A stretch of DNA of 63,864 bases, the filler included, from an uncultured Ignavibacteriales bacterium (lineage in GTDB: Bacteria > Zixibacteria > MSB-5A5 > GN15 > JAAZOE01): assembly GCA_964611355.1 (NCBI GenBank). It is 3 parts of 3 records of this genome, joined end to end, with 100 filler letters (N's around TTAATTAATTAA, not from the genome) between each part and the next. Parts side by side here need not be neighbours in the genome. Positions count along the whole stretch, not along the records: positions 44,948 to 63,864 come from CAZSYD010000044.1; 2 more parts are not named here. One strand, 5' to 3'. Shown piece by piece: positions 61,215 to 63,864 of this stretch (positions within the stretch are counted from its first letter, which is position 1; each line of letters begins with the position of its first letter). A program made the position numbers and the translations under genes. The notes under the pieces are model-generated. The model did not search any database. It had not been told where the DNA came from and saw nothing but the letters and a program-made list of their open reading frames with translations.

Positions 61215-63863
61215 GTGAAAACTGCTGTCTGTATATTGTCCATCGTTTTTATGATTTCTACCGGCGTATCAGCCGGATCGGATATCGTGGATTCCGTCGC
61301 ATCGCCGACCACCGTTGATAGTATCGCAGTAGAGCGTGATTATTTTGAACCGCGCGATTTCCGGCGGAAAAACAATTTCTCTCCTTTGAAAATCGGTCTG
61401 GCGCTATCGGGCGGAGGGGCGCGGGGTATCGCACAGATAGGCGTTCTTAAGGCATTCGATGAAGCCGGGCTTGACATATCGGTTATCGCCGGAACCTCGA
61501 TGGGAAGCATTATCGGCGGCCTGTATGCGTCAGGTTACTCGGCGACCGAGATTGAAGAAATCGTGCGGGAAGTCGATTTCACTTCGCTGTTTTCCGATTC
61601 GCCTCGGCGGCAGTCTCTGTTTATCACTCAGCGCACTGAACGCGACCGGTATCTGTTGTCGGTCCGCTTTGACGGTCTGAAGCCATATATTCCCCGGGCG
61701 CTGGCCGCCGGACAAAGATTGACGTCGTTTTTAACCGACCTGACTATCGAGGCCAACTATCGTTGCGGCGGTGATTTTGATCGCCTGCCGATACCGTTTC
61801 GGGCGGCAACCACCGATATCGGCGCCGGCGAACCGGTATCGGTTTCGCGCGGCAGCCTGGCCAACGCCATGCGAGCGTCGATGGCCTTCCCGCTGGCTTT
61901 CACGCCGGTGGAACTGGACGGCCACTACCTTATGGATGGCGGCATAGTAGCTCCCGTTCCGGTTACCGTTTGCCGGGAGATGGGCGCCGATTTTATCATC
62001 GCGGTCAATACGGTCTCGCCTTTGCTGCCGGTTGAAAAAATCGACGACCCGGTCGATATCGCCGGGCAGGTAACCGCTATTATGTCGCAGGATGCGCTGA
62101 AGAAACAGTTATCGGGAGCTGATTTGATTATTACCCCTCCGCTGAATAGTATGGATAATCGTGATTTCAAACTGCATGATTCGCTTGTGGCTCTCGGCTA
62201 TCAGGCCGGTAAGAGGGTTCTTGAAGAAATTGACAAGAGATTGAAAGAAAGCCGCCGGGGCGGCCGTGTACGGATTCAAGCAATCGAAATTGCCGAAGAC
62301 ACGCCCGAATTGATTGAATTGAGACGTTATTTTCCTTTCAAACCGGGCCAATTTATTGAATCTAATTCACTGCGGGAAGCCCTGCTTTTCGCTGATCGAG
62401 ATTTTTCTTTTCACCTGCTAAAGGCGGAGATAGTCCGTCGTGATAATAACGTCATTATCCGCCTTGACGGCGAATCGAACCGCACCTGCGATAAGGTGAA
62501 ATACAGGCTGGTCGGCAACGCTTCCGTTCCAGATTCTTTGGTATTGCCGCTTTTTCCATCCGAATTGGGATCGGTTCTTTCGATGGCCGAAGTAAAGGTC
62601 GCCGGTGATTCGGTCATAAGCCGTTTTCATCAGGCCGGATATGATCTGTCCCACCTCAGATCAATCAACTACGATCACGAAGCCGGAACGGTTACTATTA
62701 CCATCGACGAAGGCCGATTGAAATATGTCGATATTCGCGGTAATAAACGCACCCGTGACTGGATGATTAAAGCCAATTATCCCCTCAGGCCGGGGGCGCC
62801 ATTCGACACCCACAAATCTGATAGAGGCGTGGCCCAGATTTACGGCACCGGTTTTTTTGAACGGGTCAGTCTCGATATTCAACCGACCAACTCCGGCGCT
62901 CACCTGACCATTAACGTCAAAGAGAAGAAGTTTACCCAGTTGCGCCTTGGCGGCCACTGGGACGATGAATATCAGTCTGAAATGTTCGCCGAACTTCTGG
63001 ATGACAACGTCTTCGGGGCCGGAGTGCAGGTTTTGACACATGCCCGGCTTTCATCGCGTCGATGTAATTATTACCTATCATTCAAAGCCGACCGCCTGTC
63101 GAGAACGCTTATTATGGGGCAGACGAAATTCTATTTCTTGCGGCTCCACCGTCGTCTTTTTCAGCCCGACGGGGCTCCTCACGGTTTCCGAATCGAAGAC
63201 CGTCTCGGATGGTCGGTATTATTGGGGCAGCAGATCGAACGACTTGGAAATGTCTATTTCGAGTACCGGCTGGAGGATATAAAAACCGAATTGACTATTC
63301 CCGATTTGGAAAACGACGAGGTTCTTTCTGTTTTTGCCTTCAAATCATCGGGCGAAACTTTCAACAGATTTCCCTTTCCCGATAAAGGTCACCGTCATGA
63401 TCTGGCCGCCGAATTCAGCGGCAAATCGCTGGGCGGAACATACGACGAATATACCAGACTGTTCGGTTCAATCGAGGGGTACTTCCCTCTGGGAAATTAT
63501 CTGAATTTTCATCCCCGCATGGCCGTCGGCATCTCGACTGCCGACCTTCCCGACATCGAAAAGTTTAATATCGGCGGGTTGTATAATTTTTCAGGGTATC
63601 GCACCGATCAACTGGCCGGAGACAAGTTTTTTATGACCAACCTGCAGTTTCGCATCAAGCTGCCTTATCGGTTTTACCTTATCGGCAACTATGATTACGG
63701 CAATGTCTTTGACGATTACGAAGAGATAAAAATCAGGGATTTCCGCAAGGGCTGGGGAGCCACGCTGGCCTGGGACACGCCCCTCGGCCCGTTTGATTTC
63801 GGCTACGGCAAAGCCGAAGGCGCACCGTATCGGCTGTATCTTAGTATCGGTTTGAGGTTTTGA
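61215..63863 (+). CDS. Patatin-like phospholipase with POTRA and BamA-type barrel (PlpD-like)
   Basis: GGGARG, GTSMG, DGG; TPLGP..C-terminal F. Confidence 0.9.
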   Translation: MKTAVCILSIVFMISTGVSAGSDIVDSVASPTTVDSIAVERDYFEPRDFRRKNNFSPLKIGLALSGGGARGIAQIGVLKAFDEAGLDISVIAGTSMGSIIGGLYASGYSATEIEEIVREVDFTSLFSDSPRRQSLFITQRTERDRYLLSVRFDGLKPYIPRALAAGQRLTSFLTDLTIEANYRCGGDFDRLPIPFRAATTDIGAGEPVSVSRGSLANAMRASMAFPLAFTPVELDGHYLMDGGIVAPVPVTVCREMGADFIIAVNTVSPLLPVEKIDDPVDIAGQVTAIMSQDALKKQLSGADLIITPPLNSMDNRDFKLHDSLVALGYQAGKRVLEEIDKRLKESRRGGRVRIQAIEIAEDTPELIELRRYFPFKPGQFIESNSLREALLFADRDFSFHLLKAEIVRRDNNVIIRLDGESNRTCDKVKYRLVGNASVPDSLVLPLFPSELGSVLSMAEVKVAGDSVISRFHQAGYDLSHLRSINYDHEAGTVTITIDEGRLKYVDIRGNKRTRDWMIKANYPLRPGAPFDTHKSDRGVAQIYGTGFFERVSLDIQPTNSGAHLTINVKEKKFTQLRLGGHWDDEYQSEMFAELLDDNVFGAGVQVLTHARLSSRRCNYYLSFKADRLSRTLIMGQTKFYFLRLHRRLFQPDGAPHGFRIEDRLGWSVLLGQQIERLGNVYFEYRLEDIKTELTIPDLENDEVLSVFAFKSSGETFNRFPFPDKGHRHDLAAEFSGKSLGGTYDEYTRLFGSIEGYFPLGNYLNFHPRMAVGISTADLPDIEKFNIGGLYNFSGYRTDQLAGDKFFMTNLQFRIKLPYRFYLIGNYDYGNVFDDYEEIKIRDFRKGWGATLAWDTPLGPFDFGYGKAEGAPYRLYLSIGLRF

Positions 63864-63864
63864 G

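Overview
Bacterial scaffold made of three contigs joined by artificial N/TTAATTAATTAA linkers (22407-22506, 44848-44947). Gene content (dockerin- and FlgD/T9SS-CTD-bearing secreted proteins, PorV, anaerobe-type oxidative-stress genes) suggests an anaerobic FCB-group organism, possibly Zixibacteria-like (inference). Contig 1 has pyrK, a TPR lipoprotein with a D-S-x hexapeptide array, a sirtuin, a dockerin carboxypeptidase and a PerR-tpx-dfx-ferritin-rubrerythrin-fprA-rubredoxin operon. It also has a candidate four-gene signalling module: a divergent ECF-like sigma factor, a zf-HC2 anti-sigma factor, a membrane-anchored Lon-type Ser/Lys protease with an external FG-GAP domain, and a secreted target gene. 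A shared bipartite motif precedes genes 2 and 4 of that module. Contig 2 has DUF262/HEPN defence genes, tRNA-Leu, a Caulobacter-type tRNA-His (no encoded G-1, U72, A73) next to a divergent hisS, a 6S-like RNA candidate, fur-feoAB, a dockerin papain, housekeeping genes and a 1.3-kb tRNA-Gly islet carrying an AbiJ-like gene. Contig 3 has porV, lptE, hutUI, orphan motAB, a MITE, an M16 peptidase pair, sppA, a TrmH methyltransferase and a patatin-BamA protein. All calls come from reading motifs by eye; no database searches were run.
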